In this document: positions 14,129 through 27,254 of the stretch, piece after piece
Position numbering within the stretch: the stretch's first letter is position 1
Layout of the letters: the number at the start of each line of letters is the position of its first letter
Assembly (NCBI GenBank): GCA_964016885.1
Contig: OZ024742.1
Location: 17,298,001-17,362,000 of the forward strand
Direction of reading: 5' to 3'
Origin: Eledone cirrhosa
Taxonomy: Eukaryota
Length of the DNA stretch: 64,000 nucleotides
Notes under the pieces: model-generated
What the model was told of the DNA's origin: nothing
Seen by the model: only the letters and a program-made list of their open reading frames with translations
Databases searched by the model: none
Program-made: the position numbers and the translations under genes

Positions 14129-17100
14129 CTACAGGATGGTATACAGAGAAGGCCCATTTACACGAGCCATTCTCGCCACTATCACCCACCTTTCATAAAT
14201 TGCCTGTGGCCAAGCACCTCTCTCTCCATTCTTATCCTTCTTCCGAAGTGATATCGGAAGAAGTAGACCAGACTATGGCCAGAGAGGAAGTTGCCTGACC
14301 TCAGACCTTTCAATCGTGTCCACCAAACAACCTCTTTCAACATGGCTATTACGCACAGAAAAACCGCCTTTGCTTCCTTTGTGAAGAGGGAAGGCGGCTT
14401 GATTGTCATCACGGACTCGGTGGTCAATCGAATCGGCGCCACCCGCGACAGCAGTCGTTCGGCTTAGCCCCACAGATCAGCCACGCCCGGACATTGCACC
14501 AATGCGTGCGCAACGGTTTCTTCGTGACGCGCGTATCTAGGGAAAATCTTTTTCGAAGGATCCCTGCCCGGGCGCCCGTGTCTGTAGAGCCTCTCTCGAA
14601 CGAGTAGAGCCCCCCGGTAGCACTGCCAGGCTAGTGACTTCTGGAAGTTGTCCATTGGTCCCGGGCCGAAAGTCCTACCGAACAGGCGGGCCAGTTCGTC
14701 CTCTTCCATGTCCAGCGACTCTCCAAGGGTCTCATCGCCCTTGCTAGCCACCAGCCCTCTATACAATGATGAGGTGGATTCTCCACCGATGGCCTGGCCC
14801 GCTTGCCAGAGAGCCCTGAGCGCCTGGGCACACTCAGTGTGCCAGTCTCCCAGTTTTCCGGATCTTTGCTTTACCCAGGACTGCAGCTCGGTGAGCGAGA
14901 CGAGTCTCGGAAAGGCTCGTTTCACGAACGGAACCCACACCAGTTGACCAGTGAGGAATACCTGTAGGTGCCGTACCCTTAATGCGTGCCTACGCATCAT
15001 CAACCACGGCATCCCCAGCCCTCCTTTCGAAGGTTGTTGGCAGAAGATGGATCTTCTCACCATAGGAGGGCGCTTCTTCCAAAGAAATTGGAAGAGCATG
15101 CGTTCCATGGTGGTGAGTGTTTCCTTGGGGCAAGGCACGACAGTCAGGCGGTAGTAAGTGACGGACGCTATGTAAATGTTCGCCACCTCCACCCGGCCTT
15201 TTAGGGACAGCTTACACTAGGCCCATTTCTGGGTTAGTGCAAACACCTTGTTCGTAACCTCGTCCCAGTTCTTTTCCACCTGGAGGTCCGGTCCAAACCA
15301 GACCCCAAGCAACTTTACCGGGCCCTCCGTCCAGTGTCCGACGACACCCTCGGGAGGCATCGGTCTGCCTCTCCACGTTCCGAGTTGCAGCCCGATGGAT
15401 TTTTTCCGGTTCAATTTCGCTCCTGACAACCTTTCGTAATCCTCCAGTAAGGTACCGATCGCCTCGATCTCCGAGTCGGTCGATACCATTACTGTTACGT
15501 CATCAGCGTAGGCCGACACCGCTTTGCTCAATCCTGGTTCCAGGGGGATACCCTGCAATAACTCCAACTTCCTCAGTAAAGGCTCGAGAGTCAATACGTA
15601 CAGAAGGGAGGAGAGAGGGCACCCCTGTCGAATGGATCGTGTGATTTCGAACGGCTTCGAAAGGTAGCCGTTCACCTTGATCCCAGAACAGATGTGATTG
15701 CTATGTAAGGCAGTGATCCAGCCTCTGAAAACAGGACCGAACCCAGCCGCCGCTAGCACCGCATCCAGATAACCATGGTCGACCCTATCGAAGGCCTTAG
15801 ACTGATCCAAGTTGATCAGGGCCCCACCGAAGCCGGGTTTGTTGCCAACCCTCTCTATGATGTATCGCATGAGGTGGAGGTTATCGTGAATGGACCTGGA
15901 TAGGATAGCACATGTCTGCGCATCTCGCACCAGGCTACCCACGACAAGCGCCAACCTCTTTGCTAACACCTTGGCCAAAATCTTTAACTCTGTGTTTAGC
16001 AGGGTTATGGGCCGAAAATTATTTATACTATCCCCCTTGTTCTCGTCCTTCCTCACCAGCGAGACTACGCCCTTGGCTACAGAACAAGGAATTCTCCCGT
16101 TCTGCTGCCAATTGCAGTAGACCGCTTCGAGGAGTTCGGAGAAGAAGACCGGCATTGCTAAATAAAGTTCGTAAGGTATACCATCGAGACCTGGAGATTT
16201 GCGTCTGCTGCATTGGCTCAGCGCATCCCCGATCTCATCAGCCGAGATTGGTCCCTCGCAGGACTCTGCTTCTTCGCTCGAGAGACGCGGCAGGCCGTCG
16301 AGGTATGGACCGAAATCCACGTCCCTGCCCGGACCCTCGCCTCCCCCGAATAATCGGGCAAAGTGTCTTTGAAAGGCCTCGCACATCTGCTTAGGCTCCC
16401 TGATCACCCGTCCATCCTCGTCTTGCAACAACCGGATGGTGGATCGATTTCCACTCTTAGCTTCTGTCACGCAGGCCCAGCCAACGGCTTTGGCCCCCTC
16501 ATTACCTAGAGCACGTATTTTACTTCGAATGACGCAGACTTCGTGCTTTGCATCGAAAAACTGGTTCAAGGCCGTCCTCGATGCCAGCACTCTGGCCACA
16601 TCTTCGCTCTTGATTGCCTCTTCTAATTTACCTGTTAATTCTTTCTCGTTTCTATTCCTATCGGCAGCTAACATCTTGCTATAACTTATTGATTCTGTTC
16701 TAATCTCTCTTTTGAGAGATGCCCACCATCGGTTGTTGACGATTGCACCCGTCAACTTCTCCTTAACTAATCTGCTAATCCGGTTTCTGTAAGTCTCTTT
16801 TGCCGGTAAAGACAAATTAAGTTTCCAGTAACCGGGACCCTGTTTATGTGTTTTCTCGAGATTGACTACGCAGATCACTAATTTGTGATCCGTATAGCCA
16901 ACCGTGAGCATTTCTGGACAGCTTAATATGTCCCTATCCTTACTTCTAACTAAGAATCTATCTAAGTACGATCTAGATTGACCACTGTGGTTCGTCCAAG
17001 TCCAGGTAGGCACAGTTGGAAAATCTAGTCGATATTAATCGACCAAGTTAAAACGGTCGAGTAACCCCTTGAGGCTGTTACACCCCCCTCTATTAGGAAA

Positions 17101-17570
17101 TGCTCCTGCATAGTCCCAACGTGCATCTAGGATGTCATTCCAATCCCCCGCTAGAAGCAGGGAACGCGACGTTCCCAGAAAAGTCTCCAAACGCTGGAAG
17201 AAGTCGGGCCGTTCAGCTCCGAAAGGGGAGTAGACGGCGACCAGTCTCAAGGCCGCACCTTCACTACTGCCAACGTCTAGCACCAACAAACGACCCTCCG
17301 GGTCCGAGTGAACAACCTGTACGGCAAGACCCAGGTGTTTTTGCAGCAGTACGAAAACCCCACCCCGACCTCCAGGTTGACAGAGAGATGCATGCACCTC
17401 AAAGTCATCGAAGGTAGGGGCCAGCTGCCGCACGACGCTGATCCGAGTCTCACAGATAACCATTACATTTATACCACATGACCTGAGGTCATTTAGAAGC
17501 TTTGCTTGCTTCCAAGTTGAGCCCAGGCCACGTGCATTCAAACATCCTACTCTTAACACATCCACGTGGG
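14129..17570 (-). pseudogene. T1 ORF2: APE endonuclease, reverse transcriptase, CCHC (stops/frameshift)
   Basis: GCLNARGL, AGDWN, SYLDRF, KSPGLDG, FRPITLLN, QGCPLS, AYADD, HALVQC. Split by stops at 17035, 15217 and 14464. Confidence 0.9.
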
Positions 17571-19305
17571 CGGCAAAGCCAAAGGAGAGTGTAGAGACAT
17601 ACCTTTCTGCTTCCCGGGGTTCGGGTCGCACGACTTCCATGGGGTCGGGGGTGTTGGGTGAAGGGGTGTCTTGTGGTGGTGTGGGGTCTTCAGTGTGTGG
17701 TGGGGTTGGGGTGTTTGGAGTTGTGTTGGGGAGGGGAAGGGGAGGGGAGGGGGAAAGCTTTTTAGTAGGACGCGGTTTATGGGTTTGACAGAGGGTGGTC
17801 CTACGTCCTCCTTAAAATCCTTTTTTAGTTTTTGGTAGAGGTTCATTGGGATCTTTATTAGTTTTAAATGTGGGTAGTTTTCTCAAGAAACAAAGTTTAC
17901 ACCTTCGGTTTGTACCGAAGGATTATTGTTTATGAGTTCATTTAATTTATTATTGTTTCTGTTGATGTAAGTATAGTGTAATGTCTTTTTTTCGGATGGT
18001 GTGAGTGTTTCGAAGAGGGGAGGGGCAGGTTTGGTTTTGTTTGTTGCTGGAGGGGTGTTTTGTGTTTTGTTGGATTGTGTTGACATTTGGGTGGGGGTTG
18101 TTTGGCCTTGTCTGTTTTGCACATGTTTTCTTTTTTTCCTTTTAATCTGTCTGAAGGACTCCGTTTCTTCCTCCGAATTCGTTGCGTTATCTTCAGTGTT
18201 GGAGGGAAGAGGTATGTCTGCTGGTAATGTTTCCGTGTTGGTTTTCTTTGTGGGGGAGATGGATGTCACTATGTTAGACTGTGTTGTGTGTTGTGGCTGC
18301 GGTGGTTGTGTTGTTTTATTGAGTGAGGGGTTGGGTGGGCCTGTATTTTGTTTTGGGGTAATGTGTTGTGACTGTTTGTGTTGTGGTGGTGGTGTAGTTT
18401 TACTGAGGGACGGGTTGGGTGGGACTGAGTTTTGTTGTTTGTTTATCTGTTGTGGTGGTGGTGGTGGAGCTGGTGTTGGTAGCAGGGTTTTCTTTTTGTT
18501 AAGTTGGGGACAAGCGGCCTTCAGGTGCCCTCTGCCTGCACAGATATGGCAGGACGGCCTTCTCCCCTCCACGCTAATGTTTATATACCCGTGGCCCTCT
18601 AATAGGATTCTGTCGGGTATTTGGGCGATGCGTTCAGGCTTCATTTGCACTACAAGTTCTATACCTGTTCCACTGAACGCATTGCCTGTGGTTTTCCCAA
18701 TCGTAATCACGTTGTCATTCGCTGGATCGATGAAGCCAGCTATGAGCCAGCAGTAGTCCACATCTGGCATCATTGCATCCAGCCATATGCGTTGAGTTCT
18801 TTTACCCATATAAGATGGATAAAAGGTAAAATTTTTTGAACGAATCGGTGACAAAACACATTTTTGCCGCCGATTCGTTCTTCATAATAATCGCTAGGCT
18901 TCCATACAGTCTGTCTTTTCTTATGAAAGTGGTTTCATTAAGTACTTCTGTAAGTACTGTTTTTATTTCTGTTTGAGTTGGCTGTTCAGGTTTTTTAGAA
19001 ATGTTGTTGATGGTGCGGAAAACGACCGTTCGACTTTCAATGTCTTTGGTGAGTTCTTGAGGCATTTTTACCGATAAAATACCATTTTCTCCTTCAGTTA
19101 TATATTGTTTGGCGTCTGTAATTCTTTGTGCCACATCTGAAATATTTTCAGGTATATATGTCAAAGATTTCTTTGTTGTTTGTGCAAATGAAATATTATT
19201 GGTGTTGACTTTATCGTCTGCTTTGCTTTCTGTTATGATGTTGTTTTCAAATGTTATTTTTGTGTTTGTCGTGTCTTTGTTTGTGGTATTAATATTGTCA
19301 TGCAA
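17553..19305 (-). pseudogene. T1 ORF1 (gag-like, zinc knuckle), frameshifted
   Basis: Fragments 18802-19305, 17883-18854 and 17553-17846. CHICAGRGHLKAAC knuckle. PSYMGKRT motif shared with ORF1 of T6. The true start is probably further upstream. Confidence 0.8.
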
Positions 19306-19753
19306 TTTTTCAAATTTTTTCTTTTCGTTGTTGGAATCAATGTCCAGATTTGTGTTTTCGTCATTTTTCTCCGCAAATTCGTCTGTTTTTATTTTATTTT
19401 TTCTTTCCTTCTCTATGACGTTAGTTGGGAAGGAAGGGGGGGGGGGACTAAAGCGTGCGAGCTTACAACTCTTACCGCTGTTCGCCCACCACTATTTTCG
19501 TTAGCTTCGTTTAACATTTCTGTCAGACGATTGAAATTTTTTATGCCACAACATTTTTAAAAACAGGTTTTTCACCCCTAGGAGGGGTAAAGATGAGCTG
19601 ACCCACCGCCTGACAGTTCAGACGGGGGGTCAAGCTACACAATAGTATCAAAATTAAAATTGAACTTACAAAATTTCCGCAATAAATTTGAACAAAACTT
19701 CTGCGCGAAGTGAATTACATCTACGCTGTAGAACATACGACAACTAGATTAAT

Positions 19754-19829
<76 letters not shown>

Positions 19830-19908
19830 AAGGGGAGGAAACATAATAGAACCACTGATGATGTCACAGGTGTGTGATGAAAGAACTTTGATAGACTATA
19901 TATATATA

Positions 19909-20816
19909 TAGTATTTTAAGACTATATAGTGCATTTGTAGATTTCCCCAAATTGATGGGTAAGTATTTCTTCTTGATTTTATTTTGAGTTAAGATTGTAT
20001 TGGTTTTTTTCCCCCCAGCTTACACAAAGTCTGAGGATAAAATTTTTCTTCTTGACTTGTTTTGAATTAAGATTGAATTATTTCCCATATCTTACGTTAA
20101 ACATTGTTCATCTTGATGTTATAGTCACTTATATGTGTGGATTATTGTCGGCTTGTTGCTTACATTAATTTCTCTATTTTCATTTATATATTTAAACTCG
20201 GAGCTGTCCTTGAGTGCTTACTAATATTTGTGACTAATCCCAGTTTTTTTGTTGTTTTTTTTAAACTGCGATAATATTGCTTTATGCTGAACTCCATATT
20301 TTTGTTGAGTTCTTTCGGGATGTTTTGACTGGTGTTTCTTGTAAACAGATTTCGTTTCATCCCGACATCACTAGCCTGTGTCCACATGTGTTTGTTATTT
20401 CAATTCAACACGCTGTTCACTTGACTGCTTTTAAATTCCCCTCTGGCATCTAAGCAGTGTGTTTTATTTACCATGTTTAGCACTACTGATGAACGATGAA
20501 AAAAGTGACTAACCCCACTGAAAAGTTTCGTGAAATAGTCTTTTAAGACTATATAGTGCATTTATAGATTTCTCCAAATTGACGATTAAGTATTTCTTGA
20601 TTTTATTTTGAGCTAAGATTGTATTGGTTTTTTCTCCAGCTTACACAAAGTTAGAGGATAAAACTTTTCTTCTTGACTTGTTTTGAATTAAGATTGAATT
20701 ATTTATCCCATATCTTACGTTAAAAATGTTTCATCTAGATGTTATAGTCACTTATATGTCTGGATTATTGTCGGCTTTTTGCTAACATTAATTTCTCTAT
20801 TTTCATATATATATAT

Positions 20817-20848
<32 letters not shown>

Positions 20849-20879
20849 GAAAATAGAGAAGTTAATGTTAGCAAGCCGA
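19909..20879 (+). mobile_element. Non-coding hammerhead-containing tandem unit (retrozyme-like / non-autonomous PLE)
   Basis: ~275-bp direct repeats at 19909-20183 and 20536-20806 (period ~627). Hammerhead at 20480-20559. Inverted fragment at 20847-20879. (TA)n flanks. Confidence 0.75.
20480..20559 (+). ncRNA. Type I hammerhead ribozyme (intact, long stem III)
   Basis: GCACTA-CTGATGA-[ACGA...TCGT]-GAAA-TAGTC TTTTAA GACTA-TA^TAGTGC. Confidence 0.9.
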
Positions 20880-21746
20880 ATATTACATAAAAGAGGGACA
20901 TCCCCCAACTATATAAACCTTAATCTAGTTAGAAAAATATAAAAACAATCTCTTCTCAACATATATTAATAACCTTAAATTACCACACTAATAATGGAAA
21001 GATATGCTGATGAGAATAGGTGCAAATATGCGATAATGAATGTGTCTAAAAACGTCCATAAGTATGTATATATATATGTGAAAATGTATATAAATAAGTA
21101 AATATATATATATGTTTGATGTGTATAGTTAGATGTAAGTGTATTCATGTATTAAAGTGCTTATATATATATATATATATATGTATGTATATATGTGTAT
21201 ATAGATGTGTATGTATGTGTATGTGTGTACACATGGACTAGAGTATGTATGTATATATGTGTGTGTCTATACGTGTGTATATAAAGATAAGTTGAGTATG
21301 AAAATGTATACACATGAGCGCGTATGTATGTACATGAATACATGTGTGTATATATATGTGTATGCATGTGTATATATATGTAAGTATGAATATGTGAATT
21401 GTGAGTATATGTATTTTGTAGAGGTGTGCAAATATATTTGTGTGTGAATGCGTGGGTGAAAGGATACGTACACTTGAAAGAAAAATTTAAGTCTGAATGT
21501 TAATTAAGTGCAAACACAAAACCAACCACGCATATCTTTACTATCTCTAATCCTTCTATAGATTTAGAAAAATAACCAATAATATATTCTATAAAAAATG
21601 TCAAAACAACAGATGGGAATCTAATTACTCACTGCCACCAAGAATTCTCACTGCTATCGAAAAACCACTCCTTCGACTATTCTTCTAACAACTTCACCCC
21701 TCCCTCCTAATATTCTCTATAAAAACTAAATAGGTCCTCAGTAATA

Positions 21747-21866
21747 TTATTCTGATGAAATGACAGTAAATAATAACATTGAAATATTGAATGTCTGCAT
21801 AACTAAAAGTTTGTAGATAGCAGCTGTTTTAGGTTATGTAACTGTTATAGAAACACGTGTCAATAA
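21747..21866 (+). ncRNA. Type I hammerhead ribozyme with expanded stem II
   Basis: TTATT-CTGATGA-[A ATGACAGT...ACTGTTAT A]-GAAA-CACGTG-TC^AATAA. Internal hairpin TGCATAAC..TAAAA/TTTTAG.GTTATGTA. Lies ~40 nt upstream of (TA)n. Confidence 0.8.
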
Positions 21867-21903
21867 ATTCCTTTCAACTAAACTGTATCCATTCAAATCT
21901 TTC

Positions 21904-22004
<101 letters not shown>

Positions 22005-22157
22005 TTTTAACCGTTGGTCAATCAATGATAAACATTGATTGCCAGATAAGTTATCTATGGAGATATAAAAGATACAGAAGCGAAAACCAACCCCAACCAA
22101 ACAGTGAGTGTGTTTTATTATTATTTCTGGCAATATTATAACAATATATATATAGTA

Positions 22158-22213
<56 letters not shown>

Positions 22214-22350
22214 ACACACGTGTGTATATATATATTAATAATAAATGTAATCTGAGATTTTAGAATATAATAATAATATTCGATTCGTTCGCAATTATGC
22301 AAACAGCCTCTTTAAAGCCATGTCATTATATATATATATATATATATATG

Positions 22351-22403
<53 letters not shown>

Positions 22404-22444
22404 TTATATATATATATTGTCATTGATCTCAATTTCATCAATAA

Positions 22445-22863
22445 TTTAAAATACATTTTGATCAACCAGGCAGCTCTTGCAATTTACAACCGTGTTTGTA
22501 CTAAGCATCTCAACATATTTTTGGCCCGTAGATTGAGAGTCAGTGTTTTATTGGTAGAATCGTAGAAAACTTTCAAACTTGGATTAATGATCTTGTGCAG
22601 AGTCATCATAGCACCACAAGATTTATCGTTTTCGGTAAAATCAAATGATTTGATAGATGGCTCTGCAATTTAGTCTTTTAAAGATAGTTTTCATGTGTTG
22701 GGCTTATTCTATGCAACTCAACAATTTGCCTTTTATCGTGTTTGACATCAACGAGGCATAGTCTGTAGTGCAGGTCGTTATTATGTGTCAATACAAATTC
22801 TTTCCAGAATTCTTTTGTAAATTCAAGGGCTCTTGCCTTCTGACTTGTTGCTGGTTTTGGCAT
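22445..22863 (-). pseudogene. Decayed hAT-like (CGGBP/DUF659-type) transposase N-terminus
   Basis: MPKPATSQKARALEFTKEF..EFVLTHNNDLHYRLCLVDVKHDKRQIVELH...TH resembles the N-terminal zinc finger of this group. It continues through stops and frameshifts into CGAMM..LHKIINPSLKVF. Confidence 0.5.
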
Positions 22864-23999
22864 CTGAGTTAAGAATCAGAAACTCATAATAATTAAAGTT
22901 AAGATTACTTGAAACAGCAACAGGCAGCTCAATAGGGCAATGGCAAAAGAACTCCACAATCAACTTCACAAAGATCCTGCAAGTCAAAAACTACAGAAAA
23001 TGATTCAATTTAATTAATCAGAGATGAAAGTTTACATAATGGTTAACAAGTTTAAACGATATATAAAAAATATATATATTGAAATATTATTGAGAATGAG
23101 CTAACATTACTGTACATTAACGTATAGTAATAAGAATAGCAAGGAAAAGCACATACTGTAATTCCCGGCATGAAGACGCTATTTCTTTCCTACAATATTT
23201 CACGAAAATCTATCATGCATTCTGGGGGGGGGGCCGAAGGTTGCGTTTCTCATAGGCATGTCCTGACCCCTATGGAAAGTTATCTATGGTAAACAGAAAA
23301 CTGAACCCCTGTATATGACCTCTCAATGAAGTGTGTAAATTATATTTAGTTAAAGTAGTAAATAAACAAAATATTGTAAAAAAAATAAGGTAACAAGACC
23401 CTAAGTGGAAAGAATTAAAACTATAAGTGATTACACTTACAATTGGTTGATAATAAATAATTATATTCCTAAAAAGGCCCGTATCATGGATCGGAAAAGA
23501 AAATGAAAATAATCAAAATTATCGATTGATATCGATCACCAACAATCAATATTGGTAAAATACCTCCAAATAGGAAATTTGTCTCACAGAAAAATTATAC
23601 AGACATGATAGATTTTATTTCATGTTCAAATGACTGAACGTACATTGTATCAAATGATTTTAAATCTCAAAGAGTAGGACAAGCCATAGAGAATGCTAAA
23701 AATGACAGAAGTATATATCAAATTTAAATTTAATCAATACATGATTATATATATATCATTTCAATATCTACTGAAAAATTCATTTAGCGAACAATTCAAT
23801 TTTTTAACTTATTTTAAATTTATTGCATGATAATGACTTTATTAACTTTGAAAAGTAATTAATTACGATAATTAATTGTAAAAACATGTTTACTGTCCTC
23901 TGGTCATGAATCTTGGGAAATAACCGAAAGAAATAAGAGCACAAATACAAGCGACCGAAAAAGGGTTCCTCCAAAGGGTCCTTGTAGTAAGGTTACCTG

Positions 24000-24140
24000 A
24001 TAAAGTGGGTAGCTCGGAGATAGTGTCCATCCAGGTAGAGCCACTACTTCTCCGAAATGAGAGATCACAGCTCTGATACTACGGACATGTGGTTAGAATG
24101 TCTGAGGAAAGAATAACTGGACATATTTGACGGGCAGATG
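24000..24140 (+). mobile_element. RTE-clade LINE ORF fragment
   Basis: VEPLLLRNERSQL*YYGHVVRMSEERI matches the RTE L-R-W-x-G-H-V-x-R-M motif. Confidence 0.65.
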
Positions 24141-24179
24141 GATAGATTCATTGACACACACTTAGACACATAGATACAA

Positions 24180-24264
24180 AGAAGAAGAAGAAGAAGAAGA
24201 AGAAGAAGAAGAAGAAGAAGAAGAAGAAGAAGAAGAAGAAGAAGAAGAAGAAGAAGAAGAAGAA
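24180..24264. repeat. (GAA)n microsatellite
   Basis: Direct reading. Confidence 0.95.
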
Positions 24265-24354
24265 TCAGTAATGCACTGGGGTCGATTTAATCGACTTTCC
24301 CCTCCCCTTAAATTGCTGGCCTTGTGCCAAATGTTGACAGAATTATCAATTCAT

Positions 24355-24565
24355 TGGCAGAATCGGTTGAGGGTCGAACAACATGCTTAGCGGCATAGAG
24401 TAACGATTCTTTAGGTTATGAGTTCAATTCCCGCCGAGGTTAACTTTGCCTTTCATCCTTACGGGGTCGATAAAATAAAGTACCATTAATACACTGGGAT
24501 CGATATATTTGACTTTCCATTTACCCCGAAATTGTTGGCCTTTTACCTAAATCAAAAATGATAAT
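24355..24565 (+). mobile_element. tRNA-like SINE family D
   Basis: TGGCAGAATCGG head, B-box GAGTTCAATTCC, central GCCTTTCATCCTTACGGGGTCGATAAAAT. Multiple copies in the window. Confidence 0.7.
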
Positions 24566-25332
24566 TAATTCGTTATGTTTATTTTGGAGCAGTTTTACCT
24601 AAATCAGAAATGATAATTAATTCGTTATGTTTATTTTGGAGCAGTTTTACCTAAATCAGAAATGATAATTAATTCGTTATGTTTATTTTGGAGCAGTATT
24701 ACCTAAATCAGAAATGATAATTAATTCGTTATGTTTATTTTGGAGCAGTTTTACCTAAATCAGAAATGATAATTAATTCGTTATGTTTATTTTGGAGCAG
24801 TATTACCTAAATCAGAAATGATAATTAATTCGTTATGTTTATTTTGGAGCAGTTTTACCTAAATCAGAAATGATAATTAATTCGTTATGTTTATTTTGGA
24901 GCCGTATTACCTAATTCAGAAATGATAATTAATTCGTTATGTTTATTTTGGAGCAGTATTACCTAAATCAGAAATGATAATTAATTCGTTATGTTTATTT
25001 TGGATCAGTTTTACCTAAATCAGAAATGATAATTAATTCGTTATGTTTATTTTGGAGCAGTATTACCTAATTCAGAAATGATAATTAATTCGTTATGTTT
25101 ATTTTGGAGCAGTATTACCTAATTCAGAAATGATAATTAATTCGTTATGTTTATTTTGGAGCAGTGTTACCTAAATCAGAAATGATAATTAATTCGTTAT
25201 GTTTATTTTGGAGCAGTATTACCTAATTCAGAAATGATAATTAATTCGTTATGTTTATTTTGGAGCAGTATTACCTAATTCAGAAATGATAATTAATTCG
25301 TTATGTTTATTTTGGAGCAGTATTACCTAAAT
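24543..25332. repeat. 52-bp minisatellite, 15 units plus a partial unit
   Basis: Unit TTACCTAAATCAGAAATGATAATTAATTCGTTATGTTTATTTTGGAGCAGT(T/A). ACCT recurs every 52 nt from 24545 to 25325. Confidence 0.95.
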
Positions 25333-25511
25333 CCATTAACAAGGTGAACTCATCAAATACTAATGTTAATGGTGTATTGGCTAGGTGGTGTTGAAGTATC
25401 AATTCTCCCCCTCTCCAGCCACCAATATTAGCGAAGAGAAAGTAAAGGACTATATACCTTCACATATAGTGATGTTGGAGGCGAGATAGATACTAAAGCA
25501 TCCAGTGCTCT

Positions 25512-25705
25512 AATAATTGTTTCTACTTTTGGCACATGGGTAGCAAATACCCAGTGCATTACTGGTACTTTATTTTATCGACCCCATAAGGATGAAAGGC
25601 AAAGTTAACCTCGGCGGGATTTGAACTCAGAATGGCAAGAGCCGTAAATCTATGCGTCAAAGCATGGAGTCCGACTCTCTACCGGTACTGCCAATCCACT
25701 GACCC
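25512..25705 (-). mobile_element. SINE family D copy
   Basis: Reverse complement of the 24355 element; ends ...GTGCCAAAAGTAGAAACAATTATT. Confidence 0.7.
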
Positions 25706-25882
25706 TTGCCAATCCCCCACCCCTACCAATCCACCGCTCTAACAATAGCAATATTTCACTAGAACTTTAGTTATCGACCCGAAAGGAAGAAAAGCATTAT
25801 TAAGAACAGCAGTATTTGAACTAAAGACGCAGAACACACAGATATACTGCAACTTATTGTAATCCGTCAGACAAATGAATCT

Positions 25883-25936
<54 letters not shown>

Positions 25937-26038
25937 CGGGTAAATTGGTTATATAAATAACGAATATATATATATACATGTGTGTGTATGTGTGTAAATA
26001 TATATAAATATATATATATGTGTCTGTGTGTGTGTGTT

Positions 26039-26105
<67 letters not shown>

Positions 26106-27254
26106 GTGTGTATGTATATATATATACATTTTTATCTATATTTATATGTGCGTAAGAACGTTTTGTATTTGTGTCTGTATTTGAGCGTGTGAGTGTGCGT
26201 TTGTCTGTGCATGTGTGTACGTGTGTGTGAGTGTGTGTGTTTCTGTGCCCGTGTGTGTGACTGTGTGTGACTGTGTGTTGATTAGATAACCAGCTGCCCA
26301 CGAAATTGTCTTCTCCATGCAATAACTTAAACCTATTTTTGTCGTTCACAACTCTTTTCCTTCAATATCACTTTTATTAATTCTGCAACACTTGTAATGT
26401 TTCCTCATACCTCCTTATACACACATATATATATATACATACATACACACTTACACATATATATATATACTTACACACTTACACACTGACACAGTTACAC
26501 ACATATATATATATATACATACACACTTACACATATATATATTTATACATACACACTTACACATATATATATATATACATACACACTTACACACATATAT
26601 ATATACATACACACTTACACATATATATATATATACTTACACACATATACACTTGCACACTTAAACACATATACACACTTACACTCATACACACTTACAC
26701 ACACATATATATACATACACACTTACACATATATATATACTTACACACTTACACATATATATATATATACATACACACTTTTACATATATATATATATAC
26801 TGACACACTTACACACATATACACTTACACACTGACACACATATACACACTAACATACTTATACACTTACACAGATATACACTTACACATTTACACACAT
26901 ACACACATACACACTTACACACTTATTCACTTACACGCATACACACTTACACACTTATTCACTTACACACATATACACTTACACACATACACACATGCGT
27001 GTATACATGCACATTTACAGACATGCACAGATATACACTTACACGCGGCGTGCACACATGCACACACACATTTACACACGCACAGCAACAACTATGATGA
27101 TGATGATGACGAACAACGTGTGGGAAGAGGATGAGGAAAAAGAGGAAGAGGAGGTGAAGGTGGCGACAACAACAACAACAACAGCTATGATGACGTCACT
27201 GAATGATCCAAAATATGTACCACTCTCATTATTTCCTCTATTCTCATATATCAG

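Larger units (their letters stand above)
13912..19745 (-). mobile_element. Full-length degenerate L1/Tx1-clade LINE (T1) inserted in (GATA)n
   Basis: ORF1 and ORF2 remnants. 3' end AAATAAAGAAATC runs into (TATC)n. (GATA)n flanks at ~13888-13912 and ~19756-19827. Confidence 0.9.

Noticed and set aside
24543-25332. CRISPR-like array
   Set aside because: Units are contiguous with no unique spacers, there are no cas genes, and the context is eukaryotic.
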